Assembly (NCBI GenBank): GCA_038496445.1
Contig: JALMLS010000637.1
Span: 165,192-229,191, forward strand
DNA: 64,000 nucleotides
Direction of reading: 5' to 3'
Source: Trichosphaerium sp. ATCC 40318
Taxonomy: Eukaryota; Protista; Tubulinea
The notes below the pieces were generated by a model. That model was not told where the DNA came from. It ran no database searches and saw nothing but the letters and a program-made list of their open reading frames with translations. Numbering within the stretch: position 1 is the stretch's first letter; each line of letters opens with the position of its first letter. Below are positions 54,601 to 64,000 of the stretch, one piece after another. Made by a program: the position numbers and the translations under genes.

Positions 54601-55602
54601 AAATAGACAAAACTTTTTCTGCGCTACAAAGCCATGTATGGCGTTGATTTTGAAGCGAACCAAGTTCAAACGAGGATTACATTGAAAGAAGTGAAACGTC
54701 ACCAAACCATTCCAAAATGATATAAAAGTTGTGGTTACAACGTATTAGTCTGTTACGTACCTTTTTTGTAAGAATGTGTATTGTTCCGCTTTATTACTTC
54801 CAATACTACATCGTGACGCGTAGGAATATCAGTTTATATACATATCGTACTCTGGTAGGTTGTACTAGCACTCAAGTATCATCTCAAACCGTGGTACGTA
54901 TTGTTTATGGTTGCTTTAGTACCAATGTATGGTAGTGCCGGCAGGTGTAATGATTTCTCAGCTCCTTAATCGTACACAACGTATAAGTACGACAAGTAAA
55001 AAGAGGGTGGAGCATTTGGAGTAACATGTAGTGAAGGGAGAAGTGACTCGAAGCAACAGATGAAGATAAATGGTCTGAAACTTGTGGCGGACATTGCAAA
55101 ATTGTTGTACCATTATTTACATCACGTGCTGATACAAACTATGGAAGCACAGACAGTAAAATGGATTTGACTTAATAATATCATGTGGCAACGCGTAGGT
55201 TGTCAATAAATACGATCCGTTGACGATATTTTATTTGGTAACAAGATTGAACACAACAGCGAAGTCAATACCGAATTTCTTTTCTACTTTCATTGTCAAC
55301 TGGACAAGCGTTAATTTTGCAAGTTGCTCACTCATTATGTACCTTTTTTCCTATGAATAGAGAGTGTAAAATACAAAAAAGTTAAGAGCTGGTATAAATG
55401 TAACGTCAAAGTACTGTAGGAGCGCAAGACTTCATGAAAAAGCATGCTACATTCAACATAACCATATCTATTTTACACTTCGTTTATTTGGTATCAAGAA
55501 CTGTAGAATTAGTAACGCTATTACCCTTCGCCTGCCTATACCACTTCGTCTCGAATCCTACATGTTCAAACGACTACAGTTATCACTTCTTCATGTTTCG
55601 CT

Positions 55603-56101
55603 TTACATAGGTTTCTTTTTATTTTCAATGTCACTAGATTGGGCGTGAGTAATCTGTAGCGCTTGTAAAGGTTTGGGTGGAAAGACAATAAGCGAGATAT
55701 CTTCTGTGTAGTTTTGCCGATACATCTTTGATGCGTTTACCACAATGAATCCTTTGTTACACTGGAAAGGTCCTTTTTGTTGCATTTTTTTTATCAACTG
55801 CAACCTTTTTTCTTCCTTTGGATTACCTTCTATAGGTTGTCGCAAATAGAATCTACCACCTTACCAAAAGAAGTTAACAATAAAAGCAACTTTTAGTTTT
55901 AATCTTTTGTTTATAAAAAAACAAAAAACCGATATATTTTGTACAATGTGTAAGCAATGCTTGCTGGTATGTTTTCGGAAAACCCCTTCGTTTTATCTGA
56001 CTTCGTTTTAAACATGGCTCTACCAACAATTCTGATATTGATAGACCGTTACGGTGGATAGGGTGTCTATCATTTGCCATAGTCTTTGTGTATGTGCTCA
56101 T
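55603..56101 (-). CDS. 'Gene A' copy 3 (intact, same intron, C-terminal extension)
   Basis: MSTYTKTMANDRHPIHRNGLSISELLVEPCLKRSQIKRRGFPKTYQQALLTHC/GRFYLRQPIEGNPKEEKRLQLIKKMQQKGPFQCNKGFIVVNASKMYRQNYTEDISLIVFPPKPLQAL.. Confidence 0.75.
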
Positions 56102-56708
56102 GTTGTTTTGTTGCCAGCTTTATTTTTATATTTTATTAAACTGTGCTGTGTTTAGTACACATACCCGAGCGCCAAAAATACCGCTATATAATACACTCAC
56201 AATAGATGATTAGACTACATACCTACGAAGCCAGAAAATCTAACGGGCTTTTTGTCAAAGAAGCCAAAATGCCAAGTTAGAGCCCTAGAAACGACTAGGT
56301 TTTTTGCAGTTAATGGGACTATTGTATCAACGAACTTCCAATAAAGTCCTTGTGAAAAACGCATGAAATATTTTTCCAAACTACTTATTTTGATTCAACC
56401 CGAGAAATCTCGAGATCACATGGCTTTGACAATTACTATTATCAATTAATATAAAAATACGTCTATCTCGCTGTCAGATTCATGTAAACTATTGTGAACT
56501 TATGGGCTAATTGTTCCCACAAAGTGCCGAAAATTGCCACATCTCGAGTATCATACCGTGAAACGCCAGTTTCTGCTAGTATTCTGTAGTAGCTTTTTGT
56601 GTTCCTATATACATCGGATACGTGTCACACGTGACTATAAACACGAGGTATCTCGGCACTCGAAGATACCCGAGAAAAGTTGCCTCAGTTCGTTTTTCTT
56701 CAAAAAAA

Positions 56709-57615
56709 CTTACTAGCGTTACGCTAGCGCCTACCCACGCTAATAAAAGCACTCTGGTAGCATCCTAACAGAAGGGCGGGTGTGATAGCGTTAAAAGCCC
56801 CAAAAAACGCTGTAGGCTTTGTAAACGCCGTGTCAACGGTATAAATAACCAATTTTGATATGGGTTGTTAAATCACGTGGTTTGAAACGTTGGATTCGCT
56901 AGACAGGTACATGGGTAGATCAAATTTAAAGTGTGAGATTTGCAAGGTCTGTCAGAAGTGTCAGATCGTGTTCGGGCCGAAACTGGATTTTTTTTGTGTC
57001 GAAAAACGTGAAAGAGACATTGAAGGATTGTTACCGCGAATGTGTTTCCTCCCTGGACAAGAACGAAATGAAGTTGCTTGTAACTAAACTGCAAGTGCTA
57101 ACTTTCCTATATTGTCTGTCACTAGAAAGTGAGTTTCTAGCACTTTTAGCAGATCTATCAAGAATTAACACTGCCAAATGATGCAGATCTATCATAATGT
57201 GAGCTACTTGCGTTACAATGTTGTCCTTCATAGTATGACTTACGTACCGCAAGTGATAAAAAAATTGTCAAGTCGGTTTCAATTGCCCACAGTATTTTAC
57301 TTACCGGCAAACGCGGTATGAATGCCTCAAACACTGTTTGCTGTATGTTTTGCTTCAAAAAATCAACTAACGTGCATACCTTACTAGCGCTACGCTAGCG
57401 CCTACCCCACGCTAACAAAAGCACTCGCTATAGCAACATCCAAACACCAAGGCAGGTGTAACGTTAAAACCTCCCAAAACATCGCCAGCGTTACTGCAGG
57501 CTTTGTAAACGCCGTGTCAACGGTATAAATAACCAATTTTGATATGGGTTGTTAAATCACGTGGTTTGAATGGATTCGAAAAGTGAGATTTTCAAGATGT
57601 GTCAGAAGTGTCAAT
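56709..57615. repeat. Direct repeat pair (~56709-56965 and ~57380-57615) with an identical 73-bp core
   Basis: 56814-56886 equals 57498-57570; both copies start with cttactagcg..cgctagcgcctaccc. Confidence 0.85.
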
Positions 57616-57665
57616 ATCTAACAGCTTTTATTGTGAGACAATACAGCACAATTTACGTTCCAAGA

Positions 57666-57848
57666 TGTAACAGAACAGTTGTGATGCGTTTGTAAGTTGT
57701 AATTTATTCATATTTACAGGCTTAGTCGGGAAAGGTAACTGATAGAAATTCAAGGGAAATTTCGTATAATTTATACTTGTCATTGATTGTTCTTCTTGTG
57801 ATTCAGTATGAGTTCTCTCCGAGTTCCATACGAATTCTAATCGTTACA
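57666..57848 (-). repeat. 3' LTR (183 bp)
   Basis: tgtaac...gttaca; identical to 63177-63359. Confidence 0.95.
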
Positions 57849-60800
57849 TTCCTCCCTCCTTAATGAATTCTCTTGCAAAGAGATTTGTAAAGTCATCAAG
57901 AATAGCGTATAAAACCATCCTTAATCCGTTCTGATATCTTGTCTTCTTAACCATCCTTTGAACGGTGTGTCGATCACTTGTTCTACAAAAAGTTTCTAAG
58001 TTATCAGTAATTGTCTTCTTAAAACGTGAGATTGACTTGTATTGTTTCTTTTCCAGGGAGTTGTATATTTGTTGTATTATATCTTTTAAGTTCTTCATAT
58101 TTTCAGGATAGACGTCTTTATCCATTTCCTCCCTCTCTTTTTTAAAGTTCTGTAGTTCATCTCTGTTGTCTTCTACCTTATCATCCATCTTATAATCATC
58201 AGAATCATCGCGAATTTCATCTTCTGACTGTAAAATAGGTTTGGTGTTTCTCAATGTAGAATTGTAATGTCGTCTTAGTCTTTGAATGGGATACCAAGCA
58301 TTAGGTAGTTTTAATCTCATACCTCCTTTGATTTCTTCTAGTTTGTATGATAGTTTTGAAACTGGGTTAATCTTTTTTATAGCATAAGGTCCTAGCCATC
58401 GTTGTGCCAATTTGTGGTTTTCTTTAGTCTTGTAACTTTTCCTTAATAATAAAACTTCATCTCCAACTGTAAATATTTCTTCTGTTCTTCTCTGATTGTA
58501 ATTGTCTTCCATCTTCTTCGTTTTCTTCTTTTGTGTTTGTCTAGCTAAATCACGTGTTTGTTTAAATCGTTCATAATATTGTCCTCTGATTGTTGTAGCT
58601 TTAAGTGATGTCCTTGTTAGTCCAGTTTTGAAATTCAAGTCTATAGGAAATCTAGCATCACGTCCATATATCAACTTAAATGGTGTCTGTCCTGTTGATT
58701 CGTGTACAGCTGTTCTATAAGCAAATAACAGCTGGGGTAAGTATACATCCCAATCACTTCTGTGTTTGTCTTTGAGCGTCATAATCATAGAGAGCAATGT
58801 TGAATTCATTCTTTCCACCATTCCATCTGTTTGAGGGTGATAACTCGATGTCAATCTTCTTTCCACATCTAATAAATCGTTGACTTCTGAAATAATCTTT
58901 GATAGGTTTAAGTTTGTTCCTCTGTCTGAAAGTATTGATCCTGGTGTTCCATGTCTACATATAATTTCGTCTACATAAAGGTGTGCAATGTGCTTTGCTG
59001 AGGTGTCACATACAGCGAAAGCTTCTGGGTACTTTGTCATGTAGTCTTGAAATACCACAATGTGAGTGTTACCGTTATCTGTCCTGTGAAATGGTCCAAG
59101 TATATCCACAGCAATTTGTTCAAATGGTTCGGAGAAAATCATAAACTGTCCAGGTTTACCATGAGGTTGTTGCCGTCTTTTCTTGCCTTTTTGACATTGA
59201 GGACAAGAGTTAATCCAATCTTTAGCATCTTCTATCATGTGAGGCCACCAAAATCGTTGCAATAACTTCTGATAGGTTTTTGTAATTCCAAGGTGAGCTG
59301 AAGTAATGTCATCGTGTACTGAATATAATACATCAGAACGTAGTGATTCAGGTACAACGATGAGCCAGTCCTTAGGGTTAAATCTTTCAAAAGGAATCTT
59401 ATTATCAATCGGTAAAGCAATGTTCTGCCTTAATCTAACCAATATGCCATCTGGGTTTAACGTAAATCGTCCATGAGTCAATGTTTTGTTTGAGAGTGCC
59501 AATATCTTCTTTGAACAAAAATTATAATGTGCTTGTATGTTTAAAAGCACAGCCAACGGTGTATTTGTAATTTGACTTTCCTGCGGATCCTGTAGTCGGT
59601 TTATCTTCTGTGTAAGTTTCTTCTGTATGATCGTAGGGCAGGCATAAAATGGAGACCTTGTAAGAGCGTCTGCATTAGTGTGATTCTTACCAGCTCTATG
59701 TATCACCTGAAACGAGAATTGTTGTAAGTCCAATAACCAATTCAAGCATTTTCCTTTAGGGTGTTTCTGAGTCATCAACCAAGTGAGGGGTTTGTGATCC
59801 GTAACAAAATCATTCTTCAAGCCATTTTGTAAGAAATGTTTATAGTGCATAGCACCACGTACTACTGCCAAAAGTTCTTGGTAGTAGGTAGGGTACTTCT
59901 TTTCTGCTGGTGTATATGTCTTACTCCAATACGATATCACATGTTCTTTTCCATCATCACCTTTTTGTGAAAGTATAGCTGAATAGGCGTCATTTGAGGC
60001 ATCTGTTTGTAATATAAACTTCTTTTTGAAATCTGGATATGCCAGCACTGGTGCTGACGTTAACTTCTTCTTCAATAAATCCATAACCTTCTGACATTCA
60101 TCTGACCAAAACCATGGTACGTTCTTCATTGTTAACTTCTTTAGAGGTGTTGTAATCTGCTGTAAGTCTTTAATGTGGTCGCTATAGTAGCCAACCATTC
60201 CAAGGAAACGTTTAACTTCTTTAGGGCCTTTAGGTTTGCCCATCTTTGAAATTGATTCTACTGATTTGGGGTTAGGCTTAATTCCGTACCTACCCACAAT
60301 ATGACCAAGATATTCTATCTCTTCCAATCCAAATTCACACTTAGATGGTTTCAACTGATAGCCGGCATCTCTGAAACGCGTAAAAACCAAAGCCAAGTGT
60401 TGTAAATGTTCTTCAAATGTTCTCGAAAATATTATCACATCATCCAAATATACCAAACAACATTGCCAACGTAGTCCAGACAGTAAGACATCCATAAATC
60501 TTTGAAATGTTGCTGGTGCGTTTGCCAATCCAAATGGCATCCTGAGAAACTCAAAAAGTCCTTCCTTAGTTGTAAAGGCAGTCTTATCAATACTCTCCTC
60601 GTGATTTTCGATCTGCCAATACCCACTTCTTCCATCTACCTTTGAAAATAGCACTGATCCTGCCAGTGAGTGAAGTGTGTCTGTAATATTAGGGACTGGG
60701 TATACATCCTTCTTCGTTAACTTATTGACTGCTCGGTAATCAGCACAAAAGCGCTTAGTACCATCGTTTTTGTTAACCAATACCACAGGGCTGGCCCACT

Positions 60801-61977
60801 CTGACTTGGAGGGCCGAATAACCTCATTCTTTAGCATGCTTTCTAACTGTTCCTTAATAATTTTAGCATCCTGTGGTGAAACTCTATACGGCATCATGTG
60901 AACTGGTTTGGTGCCTTCAGGGATTTCTATTCTATGCTTGACATTTGATACCAGGCCTGGTTTGTCATCTTTCCCTGCAAAACGATCGCGAAAGTGTGCA
61001 ACAACACGAATGATTCTGTCAAGTTGTACAGACTTGAGATTCTTGTTAAATTTGCAATGTTCTTTCACCCATCGTACGTCTTCAATTGGAACTTTTTCTA
61101 ACTCTTCTTCTGATATACCCTTCGTCTCCACTGCAATTGGTGCAGCTACAACTGTTTGTAGTTTCCCAATACGTTCTCCTTTGTTAATGTAAATATCTTG
61201 TTCAGTAAAGTTACCCAAAGTAACTATTGCTGTTCCCTTTCTAACTGTGCATACAGAATTTCCTGCTCTGTATCTTCTTCTACCGCTTTGAATACCTTCT
61301 GTGATGACTGTTCGCCCATCTATCCCATATTTTGACTTGTCTCTGATAGGTGCCGAAAGCACTGTTTGTGATCTTGCTGGAAGCAAATATGTATCTGGAG
61401 CATAAACGAAACAAGTGTGTCTATCTTCATCATCAAATAGAGCAACTTTATAACCACTTCTAAGACTCCAAACTCGTTTGTCAATGTCCAAGTTTCCTCC
61501 TAAGGCACTAATCGTATCTGTACCAAAAATAATCTCATGTGGGATATCCTTTGTCACTAAAAAAGAAGGTGAAAATTTCACGTCATCGTCAAAAGCTAAT
61601 TCCAATTCTAGAACTCCAGCAACGTTTAACTTTTGTTTGTTAGCAGCAAAAACAGGTAAGTTAAAAGGTTTTAAGTGTTTTAAATAACCTAACGTCTTAA
61701 CTAAATCAAAGTTAATTAAACTAACCGGTGAACCGGTGTCACACAAAGATTTGATGTGTACAGGTCCATGTTTGGCGTAACAATGCCAAGCTGATGCGTT
61801 TTTAGGTAGGTTTTCTTCAAAAGTTGTTGCTGATACGGAAATAGCGTTCATAGGGATTCCGGACGTCTGTGAAGGTGCGGTTTGTGATGTCACGTGTTTT
61901 GAAATGTCATCACGTGACTTGAGCCCATTTTCTTCCATTGAAGCGCTGATAGGGCTCTTATCAGCACTATCCTCTAG
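57844..61977 (-). CDS. pol: Gypsy Pol polyprotein (protease, RT, RNase H, integrase)
   Basis: LCDTGS; WASPVVLV..FCADYR, MPFGLANAPATFQ, YLDD; LQTDAS..TDHKPL; H..H..C..C, IAVDILGP, ILSDRG, YHPQTDGMVER, WLGPY. The frame is open upstream of the first ATG to the slippery site. Confidence 0.95.
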   Translation of the reverse strand, partial: LEDSADKSPISASMEENGLKSRDDISKHVTSQTAPSQTSGIPMNAISVSATTFEENLPKNASAWHCYAKHGPVHIKSLCDTGSPVSLINFDLVKTLGYLKHLKPFNLPVFAANKQKLNVAGVLELELAFDDDVKFSPSFLVTKDIPHEIIFGTDTISALGGNLDIDKRVWSLRSGYKVALFDDEDRHTCFVYAPDTYLLPARSQTVLSAPIRDKSKYGIDGRTVITEGIQSGRRRYRAGNSVCTVRKGTAIVTLGNFTEQDIYINKGERIGKLQTVVAAPIAVETKGISEEELEKVPIEDVRWVKEHCKFNKNLKSVQLDRIIRVVAHFRDRFAGKDDKPGLVSNVKHRIEIPEGTKPVHMMPYRVSPQDAKIIKEQLESMLKNEVIRPSKSEWASPVVLVNKNDGTKRFCADYRAVNKLTKKDVYPVPNITDTLHSLAGSVLFSKVDGRSGYWQIENHEESIDKTAFTTKEGLFEFLRMPFGLANAPATFQRFMDVLLSGLRWQCCLVYLDDVIIFSRTFEEHLQHLALVFTRFRDAGYQLKPSKCEFGLEEIEYLGHIVGRYGIKPNPKSVESISKMGKPKGPKEVKRFLGMVGYYSDHIKDLQQITTPLKKLTMKNVPWFWSDECQKVMDLLKKKLTSAPVLAYPDFKKKFILQTDASNDAYSAILSQKGDDGKEHVISYWSKTYTPAEKKYPTYYQELLAVVRGAMHYKHFLQNGLKNDFVTDHKPLTWLMTQKHPKGKCLNWLLDLQQFSFQVIHRAGKNHTNADALTRSPFYACPTIIQKKLTQKINRLQDPQESQITNTPLAVLLNIQAHYNFCSKKILALSNKTLTHGRFTLNPDGILVRLRQNIALPIDNKIPFERFNPKDWLIVVPESLRSDVLYSVHDDITSAHLGITKTYQKLLQRFWWPHMIEDAKDWINSCPQCQKGKKRRQQPHGKPGQFMIFSEPFEQIAVDILGPFHRTDNGNTHIVVFQDYMTKYPEAFAVCDTSAKHIAHLYVDEIICRHGTPGSILSDRGTNLNLSKIISEVNDLLDVERRLTSSYHPQTDGMVERMNSTLLSMIMTLKDKHRSDWDVYLPQLLFAYRTAVHESTGQTPFKLIYGRDARFPIDLNFKTGLTRTSLKATTIRGQYYERFKQTRDLARQTQKKKTKKMEDNYNQRRTEEIFTVGDEVLLLRKSYKTKENHKLAQRWLGPYAIKKINPVSKLSYKLEEIKGGMRLKLPNAWYPIQRLRRHYNSTLRNTKPILQSEDEIRDDSDDYKMDDKVEDNRDELQNFKKEREEMDKDVYPENMKNLKDIIQQIYNSLEKKQYKSISRFKKTITDNLETFCRTSDRHTVQRMVKKTRYQNGLRMVLYAILDDFTNLFAREFIKEGGM
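57849..57862 (-). other. Polypurine tract
   Basis: AAGGAGGGAGGAA on the minus strand, abutting the 3' LTR. Confidence 0.85.
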
Positions 61978-61983
61978 TTTTTT
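61921..61983 (-). promoter_or_regulatory. Predicted -1 programmed ribosomal frameshift signal (A AAA AAC + H-type pseudoknot)
   Basis: Heptamer immediately before the gag TAG. Stem AGTGCTGATA/TATCAGCGCT; loop GAGCCC complementary to downstream GGGCTC; pol is in the -1 frame. Confidence 0.8.
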
Positions 61984-63043
61984 GTGTTGCGACCACCTTT
62001 ACCTCTAGGTCGTCGGTTGGGCCGCTTTTCTGGATGTTTTTTGTAGCAATTTGCTTCTGTGTGTCCTTGAATGCCACAATAGCTGCATTTGCCTTTAAAC
62101 CTCCTTTTAGGAGTGCGATTTTGGTTCTTGTTATTGTAATAACAATTCTTTGCCAAGTGGTTAGGTTTGCCACAAATAAAACATCTTCGTCTGTCACTGT
62201 TTTCTTGTTGAGTTGGTTTATATCTACTCTGAATGGCTGCAATCACCAATTCCGCAATCTCAGCTGTTTGCAAAGAATTCACTGTATTATGTGCTTTTTG
62301 CCTGAGTTTCTTTTCCTTCATCTTTGCTACGTGCAATAATCCTTCAATTGTATTAAAGTCCTTGTGATCAATTGATGTACGAATATTTGAATTCAGGCCT
62401 TTTCTAAAAATCCTGATGAACCACTGAGCATTTGCTCCAAGCTTCAAATCGAGATTTGCTATCCTTGCCAAATGTTTCAGCTTATGATAGTAATTTTGTA
62501 CTGTAAGCGATCCTTGCTGAGCATTTTCAAAATTCTCCAGTAACCTATCTGAACGATCACCAACGGTACCATATGCTTCTAGTAGACAACCAATCACTGA
62601 TTCTGGATTCTTCATATCCTCTGGTGACACTCTCCCCAAGCTTGTAATGCACCTTGTCGTAGGTTCTTTCCTAATGCCAAAATATATTCATCTTCTGACC
62701 ATTGATTAACTTTACAATGTAAAGCCATTTGATGTAGCCACTCGTCTATGTTTTCATGTGCTTCTCCAGAGAAGGTAGGCAAATCCTCTGGTATTGTATT
62801 AGTCCGCATTATTTGTCTCATTCTGACAATAGCTTCAATGGGATTTTCCGGTGTTTTTAGTAGTTTTTCGGCTTCCTTTTCGTCATGTCTCCACTTATGA
62901 GGGCTGTTTGTAAACTGCGGGACCATAGACTTACGCCTATTACGTATTCTTTGTCTGTCATGTCGTGCGCCTTCTTCTGTCATTTTGAGATGGAGATCCT
63001 TAGCTAATTTATCTACTTCCATTTGTGATACTTCCTGAGACAT
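61974..63043 (-). CDS. gag: Gypsy Gag; 1-nt frameshift in a G-run near 62635-62640
   Basis: LPTFSGEAHENIDEWL, QQGSLTVQNY, FRKGLNSNIR, CFICGKPNHLAKNC, CSYCGIQGHTEANC. Confidence 0.85.
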
Positions 63044-63159
63044 ATCTTAATGAGGGGTCAAAGATGAAATTACGTAGCGGTTCTGGTAGGCTTATTAAAC
63101 CGAGCCTACAACGATATATGCCGTAAATTTTGTTCAATAGTTTATTATAGGTTTTAAAT

Positions 63160-63175
63160 CCGTATCGTGTCGCCA
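63160..63175 (-). other. Primer-binding site (TGGCGACACGATACGG)
   Basis: TGG-initiated tract one base inside the 5' LTR; cognate tRNA not assigned. Confidence 0.7.
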
Positions 63176-63176
63176 A

Positions 63177-63359
63177 TGTAACAGAACAGTTGTGATGCGT
63201 TTGTAAGTTGTAATTTATTCATATTTACAGGCTTAGTCGGGAAAGGTAACTGATAGAAATTCAAGGGAAATTTCGTATAATTTATACTTGTCATTGATTG
63301 TTCTTCTTGTGATTCAGTATGAGTTCTCTCCGAGTTCCATACGAATTCTAATCGTTACA
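63177..63359 (-). repeat. 5' LTR (183 bp)
   Basis: Identical to 57666-57848. Confidence 0.95.
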
Positions 63360-63800
63360 CAAGGCAGTCTTAAAACCATTTCTAATATTGGGCAGCGGTT
63401 TGGAATAAGAAACAGAGTTGAAAAATGTTGTACGAGTACATCGAGGACCTGCAAGTACCAAACACAAGGCAATTAAAAATTCTGGACAAAGAGCAAACAT
63501 ACAAATAATACTTGCAACAGAAGGTACAAACACATGACCTATATTGAGTGTTAATACTCAACACATATATTTACACACAATATTATTACAGCTTCTGGGA
63601 ATAAAGAATCGCCACTAACGGTTCAGGTTTTAGTGTTTCTACGGCTTCTACTGCTATTGACGTTTGGCAATTTCGAGAGTATGAACGCCTTTGATTGCTT
63701 TGATACCTGCATCTGAAATTTTTGCGCTGGCTTAAATGGTATGGCTTCCACCAATGCTTCTATACCTTCATCTGTAACAGGAGTGTATATAAGATCAATA

Positions 63801-64000
63801 CTATTGTATTTTACAATGCTTCATCCAGCTCATTCTTTTACCATATTTATTCCACTTTTTGCATTCTTCTACTTTTTTGCCCTTGATGTAGCACTGGCAT
63901 TTTAATTGCCTATTTACATGCCACTTTTTATATTCTCCTTCAAACTCACCATTGATGTAGTTACACTGGAACTCTAATTGGCCATTATGAAACCACTTTT
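63801..64000 (-). CDS. 3' end of another MORN-variant repeat gene (runs off the window)
   Basis: KWFHNGQLEFQCNYINGEFEGEYKKWHVNRQLKCQCYIKGKKVEECKKWNKYGKRMSWMKHCKIQ*. Confidence 0.7.
   Translation of the reverse strand, partial: KWFHNGQLEFQCNYINGEFEGEYKKWHVNRQLKCQCYIKGKKVEECKKWNKYGKRMSWMKHCKIQ

Larger units (their letters stand above)
57666..63359 (-). mobile_element. Full-length Ty3/Gypsy LTR retrotransposon
   Basis: Identical TG..CA LTRs, PBS, PPT, gag with two CCHC knuckles, pol in PR-RT-RH-IN order. Flanks caaga/caagg (4/5 TSD match). Confidence 0.95.

Overview
AT-rich eukaryotic genomic DNA (protist-like, probably amoebozoan; inferred only from gene content) with many short spliceosomal introns, mostly about 45-70 bp. 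Ordinary host genes include a ~10 kb EPG5 homolog, a MUS81-type ERCC4 nuclease, a PA-domain M28 aminopeptidase, a GH39-like glycosidase with a SUEL lectin domain, a class C GPCR, a C-type lectin, a ricin-B lectin, a MYND finger, a repeat + PD-(D/E)xK-like protein, and F-box and F-box/LRR genes. These are interleaved with an accessory layer. (1) Seven loci of an F-box-like + 24-aa MORN-variant (YwqK-like) repeat family; three share a near-identical N-terminus while repeat number and sequence vary strongly. (2) Three intact paralogs of an unrecognised ~117-aa basic protein ('gene A') in a repeated ~2.5-3 kb cassette near these loci. (3) Two non-autonomous TIR elements inserted in one F-box-MORN copy. 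(4) A full-length Ty3/Gypsy element with identical 183-bp LTRs and a -1 frameshift signal (slippery heptamer + predicted pseudoknot). CACGTG is strongly over-represented (about 49 by manual count, many in introns), and several introns use GC donors. All exon boundaries and family calls were made by eye, without database searches.
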